Source: an uncultured Gammaproteobacteria bacterium
GTDB taxonomy: Bacteria; Patescibacteriota; Patescibacteriia; UBA1558; 2-01-FULL-52-15
Direction of reading: 5' to 3'
Assembly: GCA_964402565.1 (NCBI GenBank)
Contig: CAYOCJ010000001.1
Location: 224,079 to 288,078, forward strand
DNA: 64,000 nt
Positions 19,160 to 28,044 of the stretch are shown here, in pieces. The notes under the pieces are model-generated. The model worked only from the letters and a program-made list of their open reading frames with translations. It was not told the DNA's origin and searched no databases. A program made the translations under genes and the position numbers. Positions within the stretch are counted from its first letter, which is position 1. Every line of letters begins with the position of its first letter.

Positions 19160-20755
19160 ATGAAAAAAAATTTTCTCATTCTATCTTTCTGCTGCATAAC
19201 TTTTTTTGTCGCATACCAAGCATCTGCAGCAACGCGTTATGTAGCGACAACAGGCAGCGACAGTTCAAATAATTGCAGTACTAGCGGCTCGCCATGCGCC
19301 ACAATTTCGCGTTGTGTATCGCAAATGGCAGCAGGCGACACGTGTACGGTTGCAGATGGCACCTATACCGACCAAGCGCAGGCATCAGCATCGTTTAACT
19401 GCACCTCTCAAGCGCCCTGCACTATCAAGTCAACAAATCCACTTGGCGCGATCTTGGTGTTCACTTCGAGTGGCCCTGCCAGCTATCAGATACTTATCAA
19501 TGGCAATAACTGGGTGATCGATGGATTTAAGGTACAGGAAAATTATCAGCGCGGTTTTGTACAGGACATTGGTACCACTGGTCTTACTTTTAAAAATAAT
19601 CGTGTCGAGATCAGCCCATACTACGGCGAGAGCGCGCTCTATGTCACCGGCACTTCAAATGTAACCATTCAAAATAACTGGGTGCATCATTATCCGGGCT
19701 GTGTGAATGATGCGGTCCGCTGTGCATCAGGTGGGTACGACTCGTGTGATTTTGTCGAAGATCCTGCAGGCGCTTCTTTTTTAGATGCAGAATTTAACAT
19801 CAATGGAGCCGGCGGAAGCAATATCGTGATCACCGGCAATGATTATGGCCATATGCGAAATCCTATGTCGGTCAGAAATTACACAACGGTGACCTACTCC
19901 AGAAATAAATGCACGAATGCGACGAATCACGGTTGTATTGAAGGAGATGACCTTACTGGCGTCGTCATGGAAAATAATATCGCAGATATTGATACCGGTC
20001 CTGGTTGTACCGATGGGTCTGAGGTGTACCAGTCATCGCTGTGGGACAGCTACTGTTCAGCGAACGTAATCATCAGGAACAACACCTCAGTCGGCCAAGG
20101 CTTGGGCTGGGCGCAGCAATTAGTGGACCTGGAGCCGAATCATGGAGCAGCTTCTGCGTGCGGCGATAGTGCTGGGCCGAACGTCTGTGCGAATGGTGGA
20201 TGTTTCCAAAGCTATTCGATATACAATAATATCGTCTATGACGGCGCAAATCATAGCGGCTGGTTTGGATTCACCGGTGGAACGGCAGGAGGATTGAGCG
20301 GAACACAACCCCGCTATCGGACAAACTACAATGATATAAATGACCCATCAGGTCCTTGCATCGGGGCATATAGCAATAGCACCTACTGCAGTTGGTCTCA
20401 ATGGCAGGCAGCCGATATTGATGGAGACGGAACACCCGAGGATGTGAACGGCATTAATTCGGTGCCGCAATTTGTCAGTTATGCCGGACATGACTACCAT
20501 GCTGTTTCTGCAGCAGCGCCGCAGGTCAATGCTGGCGGTAATTCCGGGATCTATGCCTGTCCGAGTGTGGACTACGATGGCAACCCTCGGAATGATGGCC
20601 AATGTGATATCGGTGCGTTCGAAGTACAGGCCGCAGCAGCGGGCGATAGCCAGGCTCCGACAGCTCCTACAAACCTTTCAGCTTCAGTGACCGTTGCAAG
20701 CGTCATACGATCCTGGTTTATTGCGATTGTCACGGCGATTGCTCGACTCTTCTGA
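19160..20755 (+). CDS. Secreted parallel beta-helix (pectate-lyase-like) protein with choice-of-anchor Q-like end
   Basis: Signal peptide, YVATTGSD..PCATI..AGDT..GTY, Asn ladders, D.DGNPR..DIGAFE. Confidence 0.8.
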   Translation: MKKNFLILSFCCITFFVAYQASAATRYVATTGSDSSNNCSTSGSPCATISRCVSQMAAGDTCTVADGTYTDQAQASASFNCTSQAPCTIKSTNPLGAILVFTSSGPASYQILINGNNWVIDGFKVQENYQRGFVQDIGTTGLTFKNNRVEISPYYGESALYVTGTSNVTIQNNWVHHYPGCVNDAVRCASGGYDSCDFVEDPAGASFLDAEFNINGAGGSNIVITGNDYGHMRNPMSVRNYTTVTYSRNKCTNATNHGCIEGDDLTGVVMENNIADIDTGPGCTDGSEVYQSSLWDSYCSANVIIRNNTSVGQGLGWAQQLVDLEPNHGAASACGDSAGPNVCANGGCFQSYSIYNNIVYDGANHSGWFGFTGGTAGGLSGTQPRYRTNYNDINDPSGPCIGAYSNSTYCSWSQWQAADIDGDGTPEDVNGINSVPQFVSYAGHDYHAVSAAAPQVNAGGNSGIYACPSVDYDGNPRNDGQCDIGAFEVQAAAAGDSQAPTAPTNLSASVTVASVIRSWFIAIVTAIARLF

Positions 20756-20777
20756 TAAAAACCCGTATACTCCGGTT

Positions 20778-22670
20778 ATGTCATTCAATCTGTATAGCAG
20801 TATACGGGATAGTATAGAGCAGCATGTTCAAAAACTCTGGCCTGATGCCGGAGCTGTGGATTTTGTATTGTCAGAGTCGGATATGCCTGAGCACGGAGAT
20901 TGCGCAGCGAATATTGCGTTGCTTCTCGCAAAGACTTTGAAAAAATCCCCGATGCAATTAGCAGAGCAGCTGGCGGATACGCTTTCTGGGGACAGCAAGC
21001 TCAAAACATATGTGGACCGCATTGAAGTCGCCAAACCTGGTTTCATTAATATTTTTTTCAATACTGCAGATCTTTCTCATAAGCTGCCTGAGTTCCTGAA
21101 GTCATTACAGAAGAAAGTCTCAGGCAAAGAAAAAGTTGTCATTGAGCATACCAATGTCAATCCAAACAAGGCCATGCACATCGGCCACCTGAGGAATGCA
21201 ATTTTGGGCGATACCATTAACACAGTATTAAAACGTGCAGGGTTTACCACTGAGGTTCAGTACTATGTCGATGATACCGGCGTGCAAGTCGTGGATACGT
21301 ATCTGGGGATCAAAGAATTAAAGCTTGATCAACTGCCAGGCGAGAAATTCGATCATTTTTGCTGGCGCGTCTATGCTGGCATCACTGAAGCATATGAAAC
21401 TGACCCGAACCTTTTAACGAAGAGAAAACTGATCTTACATGAACTTGAAAAAGGAACTACCGATACGGCGCATAGCGTTAAAGCATTGGCTGTTCAGATT
21501 TTGAGCGAGCATTTAAAGACTATGTCTCAATTCGGCATTGGTTACACCTTGCTCGTATGGGAAAGCGATATACTTGGTTTTGGATTTTGGAAGACAGCGT
21601 TCGAACTTTTGAAAAAGTCGGCCGTTTTTTTGAAAGAAACAGAGGGGAAAAATAAAGGGTGTTGGATCATTAAGTCGGACGATGATTCTGTAGCTGACGA
21701 GTATAGTCCTGATAAGGTGATCGTTAAATCAGACGGCACGGTAACGTATACCGGAAAGGATGTTGCGTATCATTTATGGAAATTTAATCTGCTGGGGAAG
21801 GATTTTCAATACCGAACATGGGACGATGCTCCGCAGAAAGAGCCGCTGGCGACCACAGATCAAGGCGGGAAGAAAAGTGCCGCATATGGCCGCGCTGATT
21901 ATGTGTACAATGTCATTGATGTACGGCAGGCCTATCCGCAGGCAATGGTGAAGATAGCGCTCGATAGCCTCGGACATCCGAAGCAGGCAGATCATCTGAA
22001 ACATGTGTCCTATGGCATTGTGTCTCTGTCTGAATCGACCGCAAAAGCACTCGGAGTCTCGACTGAAGCAGGGAAAAGCGTATATTCGATGTCCGGCAGA
22101 AAAGGCATTGGGATAAAAGTAGACGATCTATTAACCGCGACTGAAGACCGTGTCTCGAAGAAAACGTATACGGTTGAAAGCAAGCGGAGTGAAGAGGCGA
22201 TTTCAGCTCGCAAAGTGGCCATAGGCGCGATCAAGTACTATATGCTCAGGTATAATCCTCAGACAGATATGGTTTTTGATTTTGATGAAGCGCTCTCGCT
22301 CGAAGGCAATACCGGCCCGTACATTCAGTATGCACATGCCCGCATGGCAGGAATTTTAGAAAAATCCGGTGCAAAGAAATATCCGATGCCAAAAAGCATG
22401 ACATTGTCATCAGAAGAATCGCAACTCGTAAAAAAAATGTACCAATGGCCGCAGATTTTGGAGCGCGTAGCACTCGATCTGAGCGTAAACGCGCTGACCA
22501 CCTATGCCTTTGAACTAGCGAACAGCTTTAATCGATTCTATGAGGCGCAGCCAGTGCTGAAAGCAGAGAAAACATTGCGAGAGCAGAGGATCGCACTCGT
22601 TGCTTCATGCAAAGAAGTTTTAGCAGACGTCCTTGCGGTGCTTGGTATTGAAGCGCCAGAAAAGATGTAA
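20778..22670 (+). CDS. argS: Arginine--tRNA ligase
   Basis: EHTNVNPNKAMHIGHLRN, MSGRKG, GNTGPYIQYAHAR. Confidence 0.97.
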   Translation: MSFNLYSSIRDSIEQHVQKLWPDAGAVDFVLSESDMPEHGDCAANIALLLAKTLKKSPMQLAEQLADTLSGDSKLKTYVDRIEVAKPGFINIFFNTADLSHKLPEFLKSLQKKVSGKEKVVIEHTNVNPNKAMHIGHLRNAILGDTINTVLKRAGFTTEVQYYVDDTGVQVVDTYLGIKELKLDQLPGEKFDHFCWRVYAGITEAYETDPNLLTKRKLILHELEKGTTDTAHSVKALAVQILSEHLKTMSQFGIGYTLLVWESDILGFGFWKTAFELLKKSAVFLKETEGKNKGCWIIKSDDDSVADEYSPDKVIVKSDGTVTYTGKDVAYHLWKFNLLGKDFQYRTWDDAPQKEPLATTDQGGKKSAAYGRADYVYNVIDVRQAYPQAMVKIALDSLGHPKQADHLKHVSYGIVSLSESTAKALGVSTEAGKSVYSMSGRKGIGIKVDDLLTATEDRVSKKTYTVESKRSEEAISARKVAIGAIKYYMLRYNPQTDMVFDFDEALSLEGNTGPYIQYAHARMAGILEKSGAKKYPMPKSMTLSSEESQLVKKMYQWPQILERVALDLSVNALTTYAFELANSFNRFYEAQPVLKAEKTLREQRIALVASCKEVLADVLAVLGIEAPEKM

Positions 22671-22672
22671 CT

Positions 22673-23611
22673 ATGTATAACCCCACGAAGCCCTATAAGC
22701 ATACTATTTTGAAGCTTATTGAGAGCACGTGGCACACTCCTTATGTACAGGTCACAAAAGGCCTGTATCCTGTTATTCAAAAAAAATTTTTATACCCTGA
22801 AGTTCAGCACACTGACGGGATAGGATCGAAGGGTCTATACCACTGGCAGAAGCGAACTTTTCGTAACGCTGTTATCGATGCGCTTGCAATGAATCTCAAT
22901 GATCTAGCAATGGTTGGTGCAATTCCTTACGCAGTACAAAACCACATCGTTTTACCGACTGACGATCATGGAGTGATACTTGCTATTGTGGAAGCGTTAG
23001 CGGCTGAATGCAAGAAGCGAAAAATTGCTATGACCGGAGGAGAGACATCTATTCAGTCAGATTATACGGGAATGGATATCAGTATCACAGTATCTGGTTT
23101 AATAAAAAAGAAGTTTAAGAATGAATGCAAGGTTGGCGATGTGCTCATAGGACTTAAAAGCAATGGCCTCCATTCCAATGGCATGACCAAGGTGCGCGAA
23201 GTATTTGGTACTCGCTCGAGAAAGGAGTTTACAGAACCTACACACATATACCTTGATGAGATACATCGACTCTTAAAAAAGTGCCGGGTTCACGGAATGA
23301 TGCATATCACCGGAGGCGCATTTACCAAGCTGAAAGATATTTTGCCGCGAGGAGAAATACATATTTCTGTCCCACAGAAACTCAAACCGCAGCTCATATT
23401 CAGACAACTTTTTTCGCGCGGGGTTTCGAATAGAGAAATGTATACGACATTTAATTGCGGTATTGGTTATATTATTTCTGTAGCTAAGAAAGACGAACGG
23501 AAAGCGTTGAAACTATTGCCCGGTTCAGAAAAGATAGGTGAGGTGCTGCCTGGGCAGAAAAAGCGGGTAGTGATTTTATCTGCGTTCGATGGTAGGACCA
23601 TAGTGGTATAG
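22673..23611 (+). CDS. purM: AIR synthase (PurM)-family protein
   Basis: TDGIGSK, AMNLNDL, GGET, SNGLHSNG, HITGG, TFNCGIG. Confidence 0.85.
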   Translation: MYNPTKPYKHTILKLIESTWHTPYVQVTKGLYPVIQKKFLYPEVQHTDGIGSKGLYHWQKRTFRNAVIDALAMNLNDLAMVGAIPYAVQNHIVLPTDDHGVILAIVEALAAECKKRKIAMTGGETSIQSDYTGMDISITVSGLIKKKFKNECKVGDVLIGLKSNGLHSNGMTKVREVFGTRSRKEFTEPTHIYLDEIHRLLKKCRVHGMMHITGGAFTKLKDILPRGEIHISVPQKLKPQLIFRQLFSRGVSNREMYTTFNCGIGYIISVAKKDERKALKLLPGSEKIGEVLPGQKKRVVILSAFDGRTIVV

Positions 23612-23632
23612 GAATAAATAAGGTTATACACA

Positions 23633-23666
23633 GACGCCACCCCGAGCGTAGTCGAGGGGCGGTTTT
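23633..23666. repeat. REP-like palindrome / terminator after purM
   Basis: CCCGAGCGTAGTCGAGGG core within an imperfect GC hairpin ending GGCGGTTTT. Confidence 0.5.
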
Positions 23667-23713
23667 ATATCTGTGTACAACTTAGCATAAATCAGTATAA
23701 ACAATCACATAAC

Positions 23714-23769
23714 CATAAAGTATGAAGTAAATAGTATTACTTGACACTTTATACTTTATGCTTTATAAT
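23714..23769 (+). promoter_or_regulatory. Consensus sigma70 promoter overlapped by 7-bp repeats (probable operator)
   Basis: TTGACA(23741)-N17-TATAAT(23764); CTTTATA-CTTTATG-CTTTATA across spacer and -10; two inverted copies at 23714-23727. Confidence 0.8.
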
Positions 23770-23832
23770 TATCTCTATACCCCTCGGAAGAGGACTGGCA
23801 GGCGAGCAAAAAAACGCCTCAAGCCCATAGGT

Positions 23833-24123
23833 ATGCAAAAAAACAAAAACAAAAAATACAAAACACTGGGTTTTCGTGTTCTTGATGCTTCTGAAGGAAA
23901 AGCCCAGAGACTTGCGAAAATTGGACAGATCGCACAGCAGTATCAATTGCTGCCATCGACCATTAACTTCTATACACGCGAAGGATTGTTGCCGGAGGAT
24001 GCCAGGAGCCGAGGCGGCTACCGGCTGTATCATCGCGAACGGACCATCGAACGCTTGAAGCGTATCGAGTACCTTCAAAATGTAAAGCGCTTATCAATTG
24101 AGGAAATAAAGAAAGTCTTATGA
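23833..24123 (+). CDS. Stand-alone MerR-type wHTH regulator
   Basis: KIGQIA..STINFYTREGLL..RSRGGYRLY..LSIEEIK; no effector domain. Confidence 0.85.
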   Translation: MQKNKNKKYKTLGFRVLDASEGKAQRLAKIGQIAQQYQLLPSTINFYTREGLLPEDARSRGGYRLYHRERTIERLKRIEYLQNVKRLSIEEIKKVL

Positions 24124-24140
24124 TGCAGAAAACCCGATTG

Positions 24141-24289
24141 AAGCGAGCGCACCTGTTCACGGTTGCAGTGCCGCGGAACAAATTTTTTTTACCACGGCAA
24201 AAGAAACATAAAAAAACAATGTTCCAGCAGGTGTATACGCTTTTGTTTTAACCACGAAGGACCCTATCATGCTTGGGGTCCTTTTGGTT
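24141..24289 (+). ncRNA. Candidate structured RNA plus terminator downstream of the MerR gene
   Basis: Outer stem 24141-56/24227-42; inner pairings TGCCGCGG/CCACGGCA and GGAACA..T8/TA7..TGTTCC; then hairpin AAGGACCC..GGGTCCTTTT. Confidence 0.45.
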
Positions 24290-24384
24290 ACTAGTGTGTC
24301 GATGCCACACTAGGGACTCGAACGGGCGGTTTCCACAGAGAGTTGAAAACTTCAGTATTCTAGGTTAGTATAGCTTTTGAAGCT

Positions 24385-27300
24385 ATGGTAAAAATTCCAG
24401 AAAAAGAATTAGAAATCCTGGACTTTTGGAAGCAAAACGAAATCTTCAAAAAGTCGATGGAAAAACAAGCACCGAACGGGGACTATGTTTTTTATGAAGG
24501 ACCGCCAACCGCAAATGGCCGGCCTGGCCTTCATCATGTCTTGGCTCGTTCGTTCAAGGACATCATGTGTAGGTATAAGACCATGCGCGGCTATCGGGTC
24601 TTGCGTAAAGCTGGCTGGGATACGCATGGATTGCCGGTAGAAATCGAGGTTGAGAAACAAATTGGTATTTCAGGTAAATTAGATATTGAAAAATTTGGTG
24701 TCGAGGCTTTTAACCGGAAATGCCGCGAATCAGTATGGCAGTATCAGGAAGAGTGGGAGAAGCTGACCGATCGTATGGGATATTGGCTTGATATGGAGCA
24801 CCCGTATATCACGTACACCAATGACTATATTGAATCAGTATGGTGGGTGGTGAAGGAAGCATGGAATAAAGGTTTGGTGTATCAAGGACATAAAGTTGTG
24901 CCGCATTGCCCACGCTGCGGAACATCTCTTTCATCGCATGAAGTCGCGCAAGGATATAAGCTTGTGAAAGAACCATCGGTCTTTATCAAATTCAAAGTTA
25001 CGAAAGGCAAGGGAGCGGTACAGAACGGTGATTATATCTTGTCGTGGACCACAACGCCGTGGACCTTGCCGGGGAATGTGGCGCTGGCGATTGCTGAGGA
25101 TGTTGATTATGTAAGGGTGCAACGCACTTACTTGGAGCCACGATTAGGCTACCAACTTGAGGAAGGTAAGAATCCGCCTGAATCAAAAATGGTGAAGGTT
25201 TTTTATATTCTCGCTAAGCCTTTATTTGAACAGAATCAGATGAAGCTTAATCTAAATGAGGTTAAGGTTGTTGACGAATTCAAAGGCTCTGAACTTGTTG
25301 GTATCGAATACGAACCATTATTCCCTGGAGCAATTGATCCAGGTGAGAAAAAAGCATGGTATGTAGCACCTGCAAATTTCGTGACCACCGCTGATGGCAC
25401 TGGCGTGGTACATACCGCAGTCATGTACGGAGCAGAGGACTATGATCTAGGCATGGCAATGGGTTTGCCGGCAGTACATACCGTGGATGAAGCTGGGAAA
25501 TTCTTACCTTCAGTGAAGCAATGGGCCGGGCAATTCGTAAAATCAAAAAAAGTCGAGGAGGGGATCATCGCTGATCTGAAAGAGCGAGGATTGCTGCTTT
25601 CAGTTCTGGACTATGAACATGATTATCCTTTCTGCTGGCGATGCGATACGCCGCTTCTGTACTATGCGAAGGATTCCTGGTTTATCAAAATGACGGCATT
25701 GAAAGATGATTTGTTGAAAAACGCGAGTGAGATCAACTGGTATCCGGCGCATATCAAGGAAGGTCGCTTCGGTGAATGGCTCGAGGGCGTGAAAGACTGG
25801 GCCATTTCTCGCGAGCGGTACTGGGGGACACCAATGCCGATCTGGAAATGTGAAAGTTGCGGAAAGTTTCGTTGCGTAGGCTCTATTGCTGAACTTGAAA
25901 CAGATATCAAAGATCTACATCGGCCCTATATTGACGCAGTCATTTTGAAATGTGACTGTGGCGGAGCTATGAAACGAGCTCCGGAAGTTCTCGATGCGTG
26001 GCTTGATTCAGGGTCTATGCCTTTCGCGCAGCATCATTATCCTTTTGAGAATAAAGAGCTTATCGATTCTGGAGCGGCATTTCCTGCTGAATATATTTCT
26101 GAGGCAATCGATCAGACGCGCGGCTGGTTTTATACCTTGCTGGCTGTGTCAACGATTTTAGGCAAAGGCGCGAGCTACAAAAATGTGATTTGTCTCGGGC
26201 ATATCAATGACGCGCAAGGCAAGAAAATGTCCAAATCAAAGGGAAACGTGATCAATCCATTCGAAATGATGGATAAATATGGCGCGGATATCGTTCGGTA
26301 TCATTTGTTTACTATCAATCAGCCCGGCGAGATCAAGCTGTTTGATGAAAAAAATTTGGTTGAAACTTCACGGCAGGTAGTAATGACCTTGCTGAACGTC
26401 ATGAGTTTTTATGGTCTGTATGCCAAAGGAGATATCAAGGCCTCTGCGGATTCGAAACATATCATGGATCGTTGGGTCATTGCATTGCTGGATGACAAAA
26501 TTAATTTCATTACCAAAGAGTTAGACGCATACAATATCACTGAAGCAACGCGAGCGCTGGGAGAATTTATCCAAGAGCTTTCAGTGTGGTATATACGCAG
26601 GAGCCGTGATCGTTTCAAAGACGAGGCAACACAGGGGGAGGCTTTACAGGCTTTGAAATATGTTTTGCTGAATCTTGCAAAAATAATGGCGCCGTCAATG
26701 CCATTTATTTCTGAATATCTCTGGAAAGAATTGGGAGCAGAGGAGGCTGTATCAGTGCACCTTGCCGAATGGTCGAAAGCTTCCGGACATGATCAGCAAT
26801 TGCTTGACCATATGCAATCAGTGCGTTCGATTGTTGAAAAAGCTCATGCGCTCCGTGCTGTTGCCGGGATGAAGGTTAGGCAACCGTTGCAAACACTTGA
26901 AATCACGATCGATGTAAGCGATGAACTGAAGACAATCATTGCAGAAGAAGTGAACGTGAAGGAAGTTATCAGTAAAAGCGTGCTTTCATTTGATGCGGGC
27001 TGGGTTTCAGATGAGCAGAACAGTATTGCGCTGTTGACGACCCTCTCTGATGATCTGAAAGCTGAGGGTACATTGCGCGAACTCGTTCGTACGACGAATG
27101 CGCTTCGCAAGGAAAAAGGCTTGAAGACGAGCGACAGCATTTCGGTGACCTATAGTACGAAAAGCAGCGATCTAAAAAAAGTAATCACCAACTATACTGA
27201 CCAGCTCTGCAAACAGACGATCGCTGTATCCTGGAAACAGGTGGATTCTGCCGGAACGCCAACCAAGGTAAATGGAGAGGATATAGCAATCTATTTCTGA
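24385..27300 (+). CDS. ileS: Isoleucine--tRNA ligase (IleRS2 type)
   Basis: EGPPTANG.PGLHH, GWDTHGLP, WTTTPWTL, DQTRGWF, KMSKS. Confidence 0.97.
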   Translation: MVKIPEKELEILDFWKQNEIFKKSMEKQAPNGDYVFYEGPPTANGRPGLHHVLARSFKDIMCRYKTMRGYRVLRKAGWDTHGLPVEIEVEKQIGISGKLDIEKFGVEAFNRKCRESVWQYQEEWEKLTDRMGYWLDMEHPYITYTNDYIESVWWVVKEAWNKGLVYQGHKVVPHCPRCGTSLSSHEVAQGYKLVKEPSVFIKFKVTKGKGAVQNGDYILSWTTTPWTLPGNVALAIAEDVDYVRVQRTYLEPRLGYQLEEGKNPPESKMVKVFYILAKPLFEQNQMKLNLNEVKVVDEFKGSELVGIEYEPLFPGAIDPGEKKAWYVAPANFVTTADGTGVVHTAVMYGAEDYDLGMAMGLPAVHTVDEAGKFLPSVKQWAGQFVKSKKVEEGIIADLKERGLLLSVLDYEHDYPFCWRCDTPLLYYAKDSWFIKMTALKDDLLKNASEINWYPAHIKEGRFGEWLEGVKDWAISRERYWGTPMPIWKCESCGKFRCVGSIAELETDIKDLHRPYIDAVILKCDCGGAMKRAPEVLDAWLDSGSMPFAQHHYPFENKELIDSGAAFPAEYISEAIDQTRGWFYTLLAVSTILGKGASYKNVICLGHINDAQGKKMSKSKGNVINPFEMMDKYGADIVRYHLFTINQPGEIKLFDEKNLVETSRQVVMTLLNVMSFYGLYAKGDIKASADSKHIMDRWVIALLDDKINFITKELDAYNITEATRALGEFIQELSVWYIRRSRDRFKDEATQGEALQALKYVLLNLAKIMAPSMPFISEYLWKELGAEEAVSVHLAEWSKASGHDQQLLDHMQSVRSIVEKAHALRAVAGMKVRQPLQTLEITIDVSDELKTIIAEEVNVKEVISKSVLSFDAGWVSDEQNSIALLTTLSDDLKAEGTLRELVRTTNALRKEKGLKTSDSISVTYSTKSSDLKKVITNYTDQLCKQTIAVSWKQVDSAGTPTKVNGEDIAIYF

Positions 27301-27306
27301 ACCACG

Positions 27307-28044
27307 ATGGCATTCAAAACAGAGGCTTTCATTTTGCACTCGCGGGTACTGAAAGGCGCCGATCGTGTATATGAAGTGTTAACCCCGCGTGAAGGCAAAC
27401 TTTCCGTCATAGCGCGAGGTGTCGCTAAGCCGATCAGTAAAATGGCTGGTCATCTACAGCCATTCTCGCATGTGCGCCTGATGATCGGCAGAGGAAAACA
27501 AGACCATCTTGCAGGAGTTGCGACGATCCGCAGCTTCAGAGAGCTGGCTTCCAATTGGTCTGATTTTATTTTGGCCTCATCTTTGGTAGAATTAGTCCTG
27601 AGATTGAATGTGCCTGGCGTTGCAGCGCACGAAGAATTCGATCTTATGAGCAGCACCTTGGAATATCTGAGCGATTCGTCTAGGTCCAATCGGGATAAAG
27701 TACTGATGGCAAGGATCTTTCTCTGGAAAATGCTTGCATTATCGGGCTGGCGCCCGAATCTGACGCAATGCGCTCTTTGCCGGGAAACATTCGACGGCAT
27801 GCAGGTGTATTATCATGCAACGAAGGGTTTTACCTGTTCGAGGCACGCTGCTGAGGGTATGCTCCTTGAAGAAGGCTTGATAGATTTCTTAGGTGCGATA
27901 CTATCAGACCGGAACGGCGATGAATTAATCGCATTAGCCGGTTCGAATGGACTTGAGAAACAGTGGTTTTCGATCAGCCAGCAATACTATCAAGATATTA
28001 TCAGCTATCCGCTTCAGTCTCTAAAATTATTCAACTATGTTTAG
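27307..28044 (+). CDS. recO: DNA repair protein RecO
   Basis: ADR..LTPREGK..ARGV, LQPF, CALC Zn site. Confidence 0.9.
   Translation: MAFKTEAFILHSRVLKGADRVYEVLTPREGKLSVIARGVAKPISKMAGHLQPFSHVRLMIGRGKQDHLAGVATIRSFRELASNWSDFILASSLVELVLRLNVPGVAAHEEFDLMSSTLEYLSDSSRSNRDKVLMARIFLWKMLALSGWRPNLTQCALCRETFDGMQVYYHATKGFTCSRHAAEGMLLEEGLIDFLGAILSDRNGDELIALAGSNGLEKQWFSISQQYYQDIISYPLQSLKLFNYV

Noticed and set aside
24130-24384. T-box leader for ileS
   Set aside because: No recognisable T-box (TGG-ACC) consensus or specifier loop
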